Shown here one piece after another: positions 1-10,275 of a stretch of DNA of 64,000 bases (positions within the stretch are counted from its first letter, which is position 1; the number at the start of each line of letters is the position of its first letter). The notes beneath the pieces were generated by a model. It ran no database searches, was not told where the DNA came from, and saw only the letters and a list, made by a program, of their open reading frames with translations. The stretch comes from Chitinophaga pinensis (GTDB lineage Bacteria; Bacteroidota; Bacteroidia; 2-12-FULL-35-15), in the NCBI GenBank assembly GCA_945885475.1, contig CAMCYR010000010.1:10536-74535 (forward strand). The letters are read 5' to 3'. The translations under genes and the position numbers were made by a program.

Positions 1-1
1 A

Positions 2-406
2 TACGACAAGTCAATCATTGATTATAATAAAGCCTTGAAGATCAAAGCAGATACCGTTCAAATATTTTATTTGAGAGGATTGGCATACAATGCGGCTTCC
101 AATTGGAAATTAGCCTTTGCCGATTTTTCTGCTGTGATCCGATTGAGCCCAAATTATTATGATGCTTACATGCAACGCGCGATTGCATGTGAAGGCATGG
201 AAAATTTTAGATCTGCAACATACGATTATTCAGAAGCGATTCGTATCAACCCAAAAGACGGACAAGCATATTACAAGAGAGGATTGGCAAATCAGGATGC
301 AAAAGACTTTAGTTACTGCAAGGATTTTAAAATAGCCGCTTCTTTAGGTGTCGATGATGCTAAATCATTGGCTGAAAACTGCGGACCGCCGCCACCAAAA
401 AAATAA
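2..406 (+). CDS. Tetratricopeptide-repeat protein, 5'-partial (reading frame is open to the window edge; the track's TTG at 35 is probably internal)
   Basis: TPR-like repeats (YLRGLAYNAASNWKLAFADFSAVIRLSPNYYDAYMQRAIA..., AYYKRGLANQD). No in-frame stop between position 2 and 35. Confidence 0.6.
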   Translation, partial: YDKSIIDYNKALKIKADTVQIFYLRGLAYNAASNWKLAFADFSAVIRLSPNYYDAYMQRAIACEGMENFRSATYDYSEAIRINPKDGQAYYKRGLANQDAKDFSYCKDFKIAASLGVDDAKSLAENCGPPPPKK

Positions 407-426
407 CAGTTGCTTGAAAAATAACA

Positions 427-460
427 GAGCCGGTTAAATAAATTTTAATCGGCTTTTGTT
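427..460 (+). terminator. Weak intrinsic terminator candidate downstream of the TPR gene
   Basis: gagccgg...cggct stem (5-6 bp, long AT loop) followed by ttttgttttattt. Confidence 0.3.
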
Positions 461-494
461 TTATTTAGCTAATTTTACATTGTAAACTATTCGT

Positions 495-1532
495 ATGTAT
501 AAGTTAATAATAAAACCTCTTTTCTTTTTAGTTCAGCCCGAATGGATTCATCACTTCGTATTTAATTTGATCAAATCCCTTTGCAGCATACCGGGCTTTC
601 CTGCTATTGTCAAAAGTATGTTTGTAGTGAATGATAAACGACTTGAACGCACATTATTCGGACTCACATTCCCAAATCCTGTTGGCTTGGCCGCTGGATT
701 TGATAAGGATGCAAAACTATTTGATGAATTAGCGTACTTCGGATTCGGATTTATCGAGATCGGAACACTTACACCTAAAGCGCAGCCGGGTAACGAGAAG
801 CCCCGCATGTTTCGTTTGCCTGATGATGAGGGATTGATCAACCGAATGGGTTTTAACAACGGAGGAGTTGATGAAGCGGTTGTCCGTTTAAAAAACAGAA
901 AAACAAAGATCATTGTTGGCGGAAACATCGGTAAGAATAAAGTGACTCCCAATGAAGAGGCTGTGCATGATTATGAAAAATGTTTTGAAGCCTTATTCGA
1001 TCATGTCGATTATTTTGTGGTGAACGTGAGTTCTCCGAATACTCCCGGACTAAGGGCGCTGCAAGATAAAGAGCCTTTAACAAAATTATTGTTTCGTGTA
1101 AAAGAGTTGAATGCTCAGAAGAAAAATCCCAAGGCAATCCTTTTAAAAATTGCTCCAGATCTTACAAATGAACAATTGGATGACATTGTTGAAATCGTTA
1201 AGGATACTAAAATTGATGGTGTTATTGCCACCAATACTACCATCGACAGAAGTTCTTTAAAAACGGATAGTTCGAAAGTAGAAGCAATGGGTGCGGGCGG
1301 ACTGAGTGGTAAACCACTTACAAAACGATCTGTTGAAGTGGTGAAATACCTCAGCGATAAATCAAATAAATCTTTTCCTATCATTGGTGTTGGCGGAATT
1401 CATACCGGTAAAGACGCTATTGATATGTTAAAAGCAGGAGCAAGTTTGATTCAGGTGTATACCGGTTTTATTTATGAAGGGCCTGGCATTGTTAATAATA
1501 TCAATAAAGAAATTTTAAAAAACGGATTATGA
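495..1532 (+). CDS. pyrD: Dihydroorotate dehydrogenase (quinone), class 2
   Basis: N-terminal membrane-anchor helix, [17 protein letters not shown], [32 protein letters not shown] and IGVGGI motifs typical of PyrD class 2. Confidence 0.92.
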   Translation: MYKLIIKPLFFLVQPEWIHHFVFNLIKSLCSIPGFPAIVKSMFVVNDKRLERTLFGLTFPNPVGLAAGFDKDAKLFDELAYFGFGFIEIGTLTPKAQPGNEKPRMFRLPDDEGLINRMGFNNGGVDEAVVRLKNRKTKIIVGGNIGKNKVTPNEEAVHDYEKCFEALFDHVDYFVVNVSSPNTPGLRALQDKEPLTKLLFRVKELNAQKKNPKAILLKIAPDLTNEQLDDIVEIVKDTKIDGVIATNTTIDRSSLKTDSSKVEAMGAGGLSGKPLTKRSVEVVKYLSDKSNKSFPIIGVGGIHTGKDAIDMLKAGASLIQVYTGFIYEGPGIVNNINKEILKNGL

Positions 1533-2377
1533 AAATTGTAGAATGTCCACGTGACGCCATGCAAGGTATTCACGATTTTATTTCAACCGAGAAAAAAGTC
1601 GCTTACATTAATTCTATTTTAAAATGCGGATTTGATACGGTTGATTTCGGAAGTTTTGTTTCTCCGAAAGCAATTCCTCAGATGCGTGATACAGCGCAGG
1701 TGCTAGATCAATTGGACCTGTCAGATACGAAATCAAAATTACTGGCAATTGTTGCCAATGTGCGTGGAGCGGAAGATGCTGTTGAATTTCAGGAGATCTC
1801 CTACTTAGGATTTCCATTCTCAATCTCTGAAACTTTTCAGCAACGCAATGCTAATTCATCCATCGCTGAATCCTTGATCCGGGTTGAAGAGATCAATGAC
1901 CTGTGTGTGCGTAACAAAAAAGAATTGGTCGTTTATATTTCTATGGCCTTTGGTAATCCATACGGAGATGAGTGGAGCAGCGATGTCGCAATCGGCTGGA
2001 CAAAGCGATTAGCACAAATGGGAATTAGGATCATCGCCTTGAGCGATACCATTGGTGTTTCCAATCCTGAAAATATTAAACTATTGTTCTCTAAATTGAT
2101 CTCTGAATTCCCAGGAGTAGAGATCGGAGCGCATTTACATACGACGCCTGATACCTGGGAAGAAAAAGTGCTTGCTGCCTATTTAGCAGGATGCAAGCGA
2201 TTCGATAGTGCCATTAAAGGATATGGCGGTTGTCCGATGGCTACGGATAAATTAACGGGAAATATGCCGACAGAAAATCTATTGCATTTCTTTAAGAAAC
2301 ACAATGTAAATACGGGAATTGACGACCGTGCTTTTAATGAAGCGATGTTGTTGTCGGGAAACACGTTTCCTTTGTAA
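1529..2377 (+). CDS. Hydroxymethylglutaryl-CoA lyase (HMGL-like TIM-barrel)
   Basis: [13 protein letters not shown]... N-terminus, [17 protein letters not shown] and GAHLHTT motifs. Its start overlaps the pyrD stop by 4 nt, indicating an operon. Confidence 0.85.
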   Translation: MKIVECPRDAMQGIHDFISTEKKVAYINSILKCGFDTVDFGSFVSPKAIPQMRDTAQVLDQLDLSDTKSKLLAIVANVRGAEDAVEFQEISYLGFPFSISETFQQRNANSSIAESLIRVEEINDLCVRNKKELVVYISMAFGNPYGDEWSSDVAIGWTKRLAQMGIRIIALSDTIGVSNPENIKLLFSKLISEFPGVEIGAHLHTTPDTWEEKVLAAYLAGCKRFDSAIKGYGGCPMATDKLTGNMPTENLLHFFKKHNVNTGIDDRAFNEAMLLSGNTFPL

Positions 2378-2556
2378 ATTTATTTTCCGACTTTGCTCGA
2401 AACAATCTTGAATTTATTAGTTCGAGTAGCGGAAAGGATTATAGCTTATCGAGAACACTTCTCGATACATTCCTCCTAGAGTCGGAATTACTCGAAGTGA
2501 CAACAGTATTAATAGAAATAAAAAATGCTCCTGTATCAATATAAGCAAAAATAAAA

Positions 2557-3045
2557 ATGCCAAATTCAAAATTTCAGAACTTAGTAAATAACTCATTTTT
2601 GTTCCGCATTTATTTGTTGAAGTCACTGCCAATGGCATTTATGGCAGGTGTTCGTGTGAAAGAATTATCGTCTGACAAAGCCATCACCACTATAAAATTC
2701 GGATGGTTAACACAAAATCCTTTTCGTTCAATGTACTTTGCCTGTCAGGCGATGGCCGCAGAAATGAGTACAGGATTGTTGGTGATGAATGCCATCTATA
2801 ATTCCTCTCCGGCAGTTTCGATGTTGATCATTCAGAATAACGCACGCTTTCTAAAAAAAGCGGTAGGCAAAATTACGTTTACTTGTGCTGATGGAAATCA
2901 TATAAAAGAAATAATCACTAAAGTGAAGCAGGGTGGAGAAGGAGTAACTACCGACCTGATTGCTGTTGGTAAGGATGAAAAAGGAGATATTGTCGCTGAA
3001 TTCGTTTTTACCTGGTCGCTGAAAGCAAAAGCAAATAGTTTTTAA
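2557..3045 (+). CDS. DUF4442 family hotdog-fold (thioesterase-like) protein
   Basis: Family-typical NPFRSMYFACQAMAAEMSTGLLVM segment and size (162 aa). Confidence 0.7.
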   Translation: MPNSKFQNLVNNSFLFRIYLLKSLPMAFMAGVRVKELSSDKAITTIKFGWLTQNPFRSMYFACQAMAAEMSTGLLVMNAIYNSSPAVSMLIIQNNARFLKKAVGKITFTCADGNHIKEIITKVKQGGEGVTTDLIAVGKDEKGDIVAEFVFTWSLKAKANSF

Positions 3046-3120
3046 CAACTTATTTTTAATTAATTAACAAAGTCTGAATTTGTTTATTGATTATCTTTGA
3101 GCAATCAATAAAAAGCAAGC

Positions 3121-4188
3121 ATGCAAAAAGTCAGTTTTAATAATAAGAACAGTGTTTTTTTTAATGCGCTGAAAGAAAAGGTGGATAGTTATTTTAAAAC
3201 AAATAACATCAAAGAAACGGGGAATTTTAAATTGTATTTAAAAACAATCATTCTTGCTGTAACAGCCATTTCTCTGTATACGATCTTAGTTTTTTTTACT
3301 CCGAATAGCTGGATCTCCCTGATCATGTGTGCATTTTTGGGACTTAACTTAGCCGCAATAGGATTTAATACCATGCACGATGGTGCTCACGGTAGTTTTT
3401 CAACAAAAACATGGGTTAATGAAATGATGGGCTATTCGTTGAATGCAATGGGAGGAAGTGTTTACTTATGGAAATATAAACACAATGTGAACCATCATTC
3501 ATTTACAAACATTGAAGGAATGGACGATGATATCGACATCAAACCCTGGATCCGTGTTCACGATGATCAGGAAAAACACTGGTATCACCGTTTTCAACAC
3601 GTTTATTGGGTTGTGTTATATGGTGTAACGTATTTACTTTGGATCTTTGTTCAGGATTTTAAAAAGTATTTCACCGGTAAAGTAGGTGATCTTCCTTTCC
3701 GTAAAATGGATACCAAAGAACACATTATTTTTTGGGTAAGTAAATTATTGTATGTAGCTGCATTTATAGTGCTTCCTATTTTTAAGATCGGAGTAGCAGA
3801 AACAGTGATTGGTTTTTCTGTAATTGCTTTTATTTGTGGTTTTGTTATCGCTGTTGTTTTTCAATTGGCTCATATTGTTGAAGATGCTTCTTTTGAAATG
3901 CCAACATCAGATAATCATAAAGTGGAAACAGAATGGGCGGTTCACCAGATTCAAACCACTGCAAATTTTGCAACAAAAAGTAAAATTGTTTCTTGGTTTA
4001 CCGGTGGATTAAATTTTCAGGTTGAGCATCACTTGTTTCCTCGTATAAGCCATGTTCATTATCCGAAGATCAGCCAATTGGTGCGTGAAACGTGCGAACA
4101 ATTTGGTATAACATACATCGAATTTCCAACCGTGTTAAGTGCTGTGCGCTCACATGTCGTGCATTTAAAGCATGTAGGCAGGAGTTAG
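3121..4188 (+). CDS. Membrane fatty-acid desaturase (acyl-CoA or acyl-lipid desaturase family)
   Basis: Three histidine boxes (HDGAHGSF, HNVNHHSFTN, QVEHHLFP) and multiple transmembrane helices. Confidence 0.88.
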   Translation: MQKVSFNNKNSVFFNALKEKVDSYFKTNNIKETGNFKLYLKTIILAVTAISLYTILVFFTPNSWISLIMCAFLGLNLAAIGFNTMHDGAHGSFSTKTWVNEMMGYSLNAMGGSVYLWKYKHNVNHHSFTNIEGMDDDIDIKPWIRVHDDQEKHWYHRFQHVYWVVLYGVTYLLWIFVQDFKKYFTGKVGDLPFRKMDTKEHIIFWVSKLLYVAAFIVLPIFKIGVAETVIGFSVIAFICGFVIAVVFQLAHIVEDASFEMPTSDNHKVETEWAVHQIQTTANFATKSKIVSWFTGGLNFQVEHHLFPRISHVHYPKISQLVRETCEQFGITYIEFPTVLSAVRSHVVHLKHVGRS

Positions 4189-4220
4189 CAACACAGTTAG
4201 CGAGAAGTCGAAGATATTTA

Positions 4221-4250
4221 AAAGGAACTCGGTTGAGTTCCTTTTTTTGT
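4221..4250 (+). terminator. Rho-independent terminator of the desaturase gene
   Basis: aggaactc-ggtt-gagttcct perfect 8-bp stem followed by T7. Confidence 0.75.
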
Positions 4251-4420
4251 TTATTGACCTTCCTAAAAAAGTAACGAATGTTCTATTCGAAAATAGCAAA
4301 TTCTTTTAAACCCTTCTGAAAGAAAAGCATAAAATGATATAAACAATTTGAAGCAAGAATCAATTTGTAATTAACAACGCTTCATTTTCTAGTAGGATGA
4401 AATTGTGTTTTTAAAGGGTA

Positions 4421-5077
4421 CTACAATGTATATTTACTCTCAACCACATTCGGCTCTTTATCTGTCTTTGCATAAGTCAATCTTCCAATTAGTTGGGTTT
4501 TATGATAGCTATCAAGACCAGAACATGTAATCGTATTTGATTTTTCAAGATCAAGAAATGAATCTTCGAAAAGGCAGTCTTTCGGAAAATATATATGCTG
4601 AACTTGACCAATAATTAAAATGGTTCCGTTAATCGAAAGGTCAACGCGCTCTTTGAATTGAATCCCAAGCTGAACGGAACTTTCTTTCACATACGGTGCG
4701 ACAAAATTATCTTTGTAATTTGCGGTTAAACCCACTGCATCAAATTCAGAAATCTCTTTTGGATATCTTGCTGATGTTTGATGCGCTTTTTTATAAATTG
4801 TTTCATTCACATGGTTCAGCGTGTAGAAGTCTGTTTCAAGAATATTACTTAAGGTATTTCGTTCTACAGAATCTGGTCGTATTACAAATGCAAGGAGTGG
4901 AGGAGATGCACCAATATGAATTATAGAGTTGAAGATGGCTAAGTTAGTTTGACCCACTTTATTTATTGATCCAATTAAGCAAACACTTTTAAAGCCAGCA
5001 ACGGAATTTATCAGATTGCCCCTGAACCTTTTATCCATTGCCATTAAATCAGTAAATGAAAGGTGAGTCTCTATCAT
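4421..5077 (-). CDS. Flavin reductase-like (FMN-binding split-barrel) family protein
   Basis: FKSVCLIGSINKVGQTNLAIFNSIIHIGASPPLLAFVIRP resembles the flavin reductase domain. Confidence 0.75.
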   Translation of the reverse strand: MIETHLSFTDLMAMDKRFRGNLINSVAGFKSVCLIGSINKVGQTNLAIFNSIIHIGASPPLLAFVIRPDSVERNTLSNILETDFYTLNHVNETIYKKAHQTSARYPKEISEFDAVGLTANYKDNFVAPYVKESSVQLGIQFKERVDLSINGTILIIGQVQHIYFPKDCLFEDSFLDLEKSNTITCSGLDSYHKTQLIGRLTYAKTDKEPNVVESKYTL

Positions 5078-5082
5078 CTTTC

Positions 5083-5772
5083 TTATATTTTAATTTTACT
5101 CATCCCTCCATCAACAGATAAAACCTGACCACTTACCCAAGCAGATTCCTCTGAAAGAAGAAACGCTATCGCATTGGCAACATCAATTGGATTACCAATC
5201 TTTTGCAAGGGATTTCTTTTTTTCATTTGTTCTATTTTATCAGGAGTATTTACAAACTTATCGGCCATTGGTGTATTTACCAACGAAGGTGCAATACTGT
5301 TTACTCTTATTGATGGTGCAAATTCTGCTGCTAAGGCCTTCGTTAGTCCTTCTATTCCACCTTTAGCCATCGCTATAGAAGCATGAAAGGGCAATCCGAT
5401 ACTAGCTGCTACTGAACTCAAAAAAACAATTGATCCATTTTGCGATTTTTTAACATTACTTAAATAGGCTTGCGTAAAAGCAAATGCACCTAAACAATTT
5501 ATGTTAAAATCATTTAAAAGTTCTGCTTTTGAAATACGTGCAAACGGTTTAAGATTTATTGTTCCAGGAAAATAAACCAAGCCATCTAAGGGTTCTGAAA
5601 TTTCAGGGAATGTTTCAAAATCATATTTTTCTATTTGATGAAATTCGTTATAAGTTGAATTGTCATTTTTTGTGCTTAGACCGATTACGCGGTGACCTTT
5701 TTCTTTTAGTAGTAATGCTGTTTCTTTTGCGATGGAGCTAGAGGCACCAGCAAATAAATATATTTTGCTCAT
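5083..5772 (-). CDS. SDR-family oxidoreductase
   Basis: Rossmann N-terminus IYLFAGASSSIAKETALLLKEKGHRVIGLS and NAG...SSVAAS...AMAKGGIEGLTKALAAE motif. Confidence 0.85.
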   Translation of the reverse strand: MSKIYLFAGASSSIAKETALLLKEKGHRVIGLSTKNDNSTYNEFHQIEKYDFETFPEISEPLDGLVYFPGTINLKPFARISKAELLNDFNINCLGAFAFTQAYLSNVKKSQNGSIVFLSSVAASIGLPFHASIAMAKGGIEGLTKALAAEFAPSIRVNSIAPSLVNTPMADKFVNTPDKIEQMKKRNPLQKIGNPIDVANAIAFLLSEESAWVSGQVLSVDGGMSKIKI

Positions 5773-6035
5773 TTTCTTTTAGAAATTTTGTTGTGTGAAA
5801 TGCTTCTTTGTAAATTACATTTAAATCTGTCTATGCCACTTACTCTTTTAAAACCGTGCTTTGTTTTGCAATTCTCAACTCGCTTTCGCCACAATTTATA
5901 ACTGCTAAACTTTAATTCCTTTTTCATAAGCTCTTTTACAGCAGCTTCTTTTAAGCCAAATTGAAATTCAATAGCTTCAAAGGGAGTTCGGTCTTCCCAA
6001 GCCATTTCAATTATTCTATCAACTTCTATAGTCAT
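5769..6035 (-). CDS. TIGR03643 / DUF2805 family small protein
   Basis: IEMAWEDRTPFEAIEFQFGLKEAAVKELMKKELK... is characteristic of the family. Its start overlaps the SDR gene by 4 nt. Confidence 0.7.
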   Translation of the reverse strand: MTIEVDRIIEMAWEDRTPFEAIEFQFGLKEAAVKELMKKELKFSSYKLWRKRVENCKTKHGFKRVSGIDRFKCNLQRSISHNKISKRK

Positions 6036-6213
6036 AAATTTTTAAGAATATTAATTAGTTGCTAAGATTTACAATGCCTATAATGATTGCAGACTTACTC
6101 TTTTTTATTCCCTTTTATCTGCAACAATAGTCAAACAAAATTCCGTCATTTTTGTTTAGCGCATTATAAATTTAGAAAAATAGCTGCTCATTGAAATGCA
6201 GAGTGAAAGACAA

Positions 6214-6246
6214 TAAAAAAAGGGAACCCGAATGGGTTCCCTTTTT
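6214..6246 (-). terminator. Bidirectional intrinsic terminator downstream of the large T9SS cargo gene
   Basis: gggaaccc-gaat-gggttccc 8-bp stem flanked by an A7 run and a T5 run. Confidence 0.75.
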
Positions 6247-6265
6247 AAAAGCTAATTTTTAAAAC

Positions 6266-9163
6266 TTATTTCGTCAGTGTTAGTTTACTTACCAGTTTAT
6301 TGTTTTCGTTTCTGATAGCAATAAAGTATGTCCCAGCGTTCAATTCACTCACATTCAACTGAACCGTTTGTCCTTGTATAGGATTTGCAAATGATTCTGT
6401 TTTCACCAATCTGCCTGCAACATCTGAAATTTCAATTACAGTAGCTGAATTCATATTGTAACGGAATGTAACATTTACTTCAGCGCTTGCAGGATTAGGA
6501 AAAATAACAACACCATTGTTTTCGCTTATTGCAGAAATTCCGGTTGTGCTGGTTATGTTTGCAAGAACAGGCACACGTGGGGTGCTGATACAATTGATTG
6601 CTGCACCTTCAATTTTCCAATCGTAGAAGTAATAATAATAAAGCGCTCCCTGGTTAGAACCAGTCAAGGATACTAATCCGGCCAATGTATATGGATATGT
6701 AACACCTGCTCCGCTTCTTTGCATTTTCGGATTGGTAGTACCAAAGCTAGTTGTATTAGTTGCCGCATCAGTTGTTAAGTGATAAGCTGTACCCGGTGTT
6801 AATGCAAAGTTTAAGGTGATAATAGTTGTATCAGCAGGTAAGTTGATCGTTAAACTGTTGATTGTTGTAAGTGATGCATCTTGTAAAATGATTTTACGGA
6901 TTCCTGCAACATTTGTATATACTTTAACTGTTTGAAGCGTACAAGCACCCATGACATCAAAATCAACAGAACCGTTTGTGGTAGCACCTGTTGAATATAA
7001 GCTGGAACCTGTGTGAATTGGCTGACCAGTGTAACCGACTAATCCCGGGTAAACTGTTGTTTCATCAACATAATACGTTGTAGTTGTATTGATAACGGGT
7101 GTCGCAAAACTTGTTCCTGTAGCAATTGAAGCCCCACCTGTAATTGCAGTGTACCAGTTGATTGTTCCACCAGAACCTGCAGCAGATAAAGTGAGAGAGA
7201 TCGGTCCTGATCCGGAAGCACCTGTTCCTGTAGGAGAAGGAGCAGCTAAAACAGTAACCATTGTTGGAGCTGCTGTCCAGTTCTGACACAATCCAGTTGT
7301 TGTTAAATTATAAGTTCCGGAAAGTGTCGGACTAATTATTTGTGTTGTAGCAGTAAATCCACTTGGACCTGTCCAGCTGTATGCAGAAGCAGGTGTACTT
7401 GAAAGCGTTAATATACCTCCACAAGAGCTTGATCCGGAAACGTTAATAGCAGGAGTTTCATCAGGATTTAAAGAAACAGGAACAGTTGCAGAAATATTTG
7501 TGCATCCGCTTGCGTTTGTAACCATTACATTAAAATTACCAGTAGTGCCTACCGAAATTGATTGTGTGGTTGCTCCATTAGACCATAAATACGAAGTGTA
7601 ACCAGCAGGAGCAGTTAATGTAACTGAACCACCTGTACAAAAGGAGTGAGGGCCTGGGATAACATTATCCGCAATCACGCAGCCACCTTCAATAACTGTA
7701 ACAAATTGTCCGGCCGTTAAACTTCCGAATGTATTTGTTAAACCCGAAGGCCATTCAATTAATGCAGAAGTGATCGTTACATCAGATCCTAAACCGAAAT
7801 GCAACTGCAATGAATTTTCTGTTCCGTATGATTCTCCCGCTCTCACTTCACGAACCTGCGTTCCGAATGAGCCTGTGATGGTAACTTTAGCACCGATTGC
7901 GCCATCGTTACTAACTGTTCCGGTTAAATCGAATGTGATAAAGTTGTTTGAATTGGTATTGTTCATCCACAATACATCATCAGTTGCAGTCGGACTGTTG
8001 TATACATTTCCGTAAGAAGCAACTAGATCAATAAAACCATCGTGATTTAAATCACCTGTTGCAAAAGATAAAAAGGAAGCCATTGCACCCCCAAAAGCAT
8101 TTGTTGATGCGGTATACGTTCCGTCATGGTTATTGTGATACATTTTCAGTCCAGGACCCGAGATCAGGATATCTAACCATCCGTCATTATCAAAATCTTC
8201 AACAAAAGACTCGATCGCATTAAAAGGAACCGTAAATCCTGAACCGGCTGTTACATCCGTGAACACGCCAGAACCGTTGTTTGAATAGATCTGACTTGCT
8301 TCTCCATGGTTTGTAAGCACAACATCCTGATCACCATCATTATCCAAATCACCAAAACTGGATGTCCATGTTTGTTTGTAGTTTCCTGGAAGTTCTAACC
8401 CTGTAGAAGCAGCATCTTCTGTGTATACTCCAAAGCCATTGTTCTTGAAAAGACGATCTCTTCTTCTTTGGTCTGTATAGCTGGTTGTACTTTGACGGCA
8501 ATGAGCAATGTATAAATCCATATCACCATCGTTATCAATATCCAGCCAAACGCTTCCGTAATTTCCAGAATCGTATGGGTCGCCACCGTAGGTCAATCCT
8601 GGGTTAATTTCTGTATCGATCAAAGAAGTAGTCAGGGATAATGTTCCCGCATTGTTCTTATAGATCTTCATGTAATCATTATCGTCGCAAACTGCTAAGT
8701 CTACCCATCCATCATTATCTATATCTCCAAAAGTAAGATTTTGAACAAAGTAAGAACCACTCAAAACTGTTGTAGTTTTGGTAATTGTACTTCCTGACCA
8801 AAATAATTTCACCAATGAAGTTGAACCAGCTCCCGTAGCAATATCTTTCCAGCCATTGTGATCAACATCGGCAAGAGCCATTCCCCAAACATTTCCGGCG
8901 CCAACATCACCTAAGTTGTAATGCGTGAACGTTCCGTTTGCTGTTTGCATCTGAATAACTAAATCAGATGCCTGATCCATTTTAACAATATCATCAAGGC
9001 CATCATTGTTGATGTCTACAACCGAAATAGAATTTCCGCAATGCGTTGCAATGGGTGTTAGACTATTTTTGTTTGTAAACGAAAATTGTGCATTCGCTCC
9101 GATTGTACCGAATAAGCAAGCTGTTGCAAGCACGAATGAATTTCGGAATGTAGATTTTACCAT
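6266..9163 (-). CDS. Secreted CRTAC1-like protein: FG-GAP/VCBS beta-propeller repeats, UnbV/ASPIC domain, Ig-like Thr/Ser-rich region and T9SS type-A C-terminal sorting domain
   Basis: Signal peptide. Repeated DxDNDGxxD calcium-binding loops (DINNDGLDDIV, DIDNDGWVDLAV, DLDNDGDQDVV, DFDNDGWLDIL). GESYGTENSLQLHFGLG (UnbV_ASPIC). C-terminus ...TYFIAIRNENNKLVSKLTLTK typical of a Por/T9SS CTD. Confidence 0.85.
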   Translation of the reverse strand: MVKSTFRNSFVLATACLFGTIGANAQFSFTNKNSLTPIATHCGNSISVVDINNDGLDDIVKMDQASDLVIQMQTANGTFTHYNLGDVGAGNVWGMALADVDHNGWKDIATGAGSTSLVKLFWSGSTITKTTTVLSGSYFVQNLTFGDIDNDGWVDLAVCDDNDYMKIYKNNAGTLSLTTSLIDTEINPGLTYGGDPYDSGNYGSVWLDIDNDGDMDLYIAHCRQSTTSYTDQRRRDRLFKNNGFGVYTEDAASTGLELPGNYKQTWTSSFGDLDNDGDQDVVLTNHGEASQIYSNNGSGVFTDVTAGSGFTVPFNAIESFVEDFDNDGWLDILISGPGLKMYHNNHDGTYTASTNAFGGAMASFLSFATGDLNHDGFIDLVASYGNVYNSPTATDDVLWMNNTNSNNFITFDLTGTVSNDGAIGAKVTITGSFGTQVREVRAGESYGTENSLQLHFGLGSDVTITSALIEWPSGLTNTFGSLTAGQFVTVIEGGCVIADNVIPGPHSFCTGGSVTLTAPAGYTSYLWSNGATTQSISVGTTGNFNVMVTNASGCTNISATVPVSLNPDETPAINVSGSSSCGGILTLSSTPASAYSWTGPSGFTATTQIISPTLSGTYNLTTTGLCQNWTAAPTMVTVLAAPSPTGTGASGSGPISLTLSAAGSGGTINWYTAITGGASIATGTSFATPVINTTTTYYVDETTVYPGLVGYTGQPIHTGSSLYSTGATTNGSVDFDVMGACTLQTVKVYTNVAGIRKIILQDASLTTINSLTINLPADTTIITLNFALTPGTAYHLTTDAATNTTSFGTTNPKMQRSGAGVTYPYTLAGLVSLTGSNQGALYYYYFYDWKIEGAAINCISTPRVPVLANITSTTGISAISENNGVVIFPNPASAEVNVTFRYNMNSATVIEISDVAGRLVKTESFANPIQGQTVQLNVSELNAGTYFIAIRNENNKLVSKLTLTK

Positions 9164-9323
9164 GTTTTTTGTTTTTATTATTTATAAGAATCTGATAAAG
9201 AATGTATATTATTTATACTACTAAAAATACATAATTGTGAAGATACAATTGTTTTGTGGTTTATGCAAGTAAATAAATCAAAATCTGCAATATCTAGATC
9301 TTTATGTTGTAATTTCAATAAAC

Positions 9324-9353
9324 AAAAAAGGAACCGGTTGCGGTTCCTTTTTT
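9324..9353 (-). terminator. Bidirectional intrinsic terminator downstream of fabI
   Basis: ggaaccg-gttg-cggttcc stem flanked by an A6 run and a T6 run. Confidence 0.7.
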
Positions 9354-9404
9354 ATTTGTATAGTCTATACTACGCGTTAATTATTTTTTTGTTCTGTTAC
9401 AGGA

Positions 9405-10220
9405 TTACTCAACGCCTAGTTTTGTCATTACTTCTGTGCTCACACCTGTAGAAGAGTAGCCACCATCATGAAATAAATTCTGCATGGTTACCATTCTTGT
9501 CAGATCAGAGAATAAAGTGATGCAATAATTCGCGCAATCTTCAGCGCTTGCATTTCCTAAAGGAGCTATAGAATCAGCAAAATCATAGAAATCGCCAAAA
9601 CCTTTTATTCCAGTTCCTGCGGTTGTTTTTGTAGGAGATTGTGAAACGGTATTGATACGCACTTTTTTATCCAAACCATAATGATATCCAAAACTACGTG
9701 CAATTGATTCTAACATTGCTTTAATATCAGCCATGTCTGTATAGAATGGATATGTGCGTTGTGCAGCCATATATGTAAGGGCTACAACGCTTCCCCATTC
9801 ATTAATCGCATCCATTTTTTTAGCTACAGCAAGCATTTTGTGAAGCGACATCGCAGAAACATCAATTCCTTTCATGAAATAATCGTAATTCGATTCGTCG
9901 TAAGGAATATTTTTACGGATGTTCACACTCATTCCGATTGAATGTAAGACGAAGTCGATTTTGCCACCAAGAACTTCTTGTGATTGCGTAAATAAGTTTG
10001 TTAATTCTTCCACGCTGGTTGCATCAGCAGGAATGATCTGAGAATTTGTTTTTTCAGCTAATTTCTTAATTTCACCCATCCGCATAGCGATTGGCGCATT
10101 TGTAAGCACAAAGGTTGCGCCTTGTTCGTGTGCTTTTTCTGCTACTTTCCAAGCGATTGAATTCTCGTCCAATGCTCCTGTGATGATTCCGCGTTTTCCT
10201 TTTAATAAGTTATATGACAT
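9405..10220 (-). CDS. fabI: Enoyl-[acyl-carrier-protein] reductase (NADH)
   Basis: LKGKRGIITGALDENSIAWKVAE, the Y..K active-site region and overall FabI similarity. Confidence 0.92.
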   Translation of the reverse strand: MSYNLLKGKRGIITGALDENSIAWKVAEKAHEQGATFVLTNAPIAMRMGEIKKLAEKTNSQIIPADATSVEELTNLFTQSQEVLGGKIDFVLHSIGMSVNIRKNIPYDESNYDYFMKGIDVSAMSLHKMLAVAKKMDAINEWGSVVALTYMAAQRTYPFYTDMADIKAMLESIARSFGYHYGLDKKVRINTVSQSPTKTTAGTGIKGFGDFYDFADSIAPLGNASAEDCANYCITLFSDLTRMVTMQNLFHDGGYSSTGVSTEVMTKLGVE

Positions 10221-10275
10221 ATCGTGCTATTTAGTGATGAATTTTTAAATGATGAATACAAATATAATAATAAGT

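Noticed and set aside
551-1384. Antisense ORFs (551..952, 910..1137, 1115..1384) inside pyrD
   Set aside because: They fully overlap a well-supported gene on the opposite strand and have no homology or start context. They are shadow ORFs.
4092-4274. 60-aa plus-strand ORF overlapping the desaturase 3' end and terminator
   Set aside because: It overlaps a supported gene and a terminator hairpin, and is Arg/Cys-rich. It looks spurious.
7039-7289. Small overlapping ORFs on both strands inside the CRTAC1-like gene
   Set aside because: Repetitive Thr/Gly-rich coding DNA produces open frames in several phases. Only the 965-aa frame has domain support.
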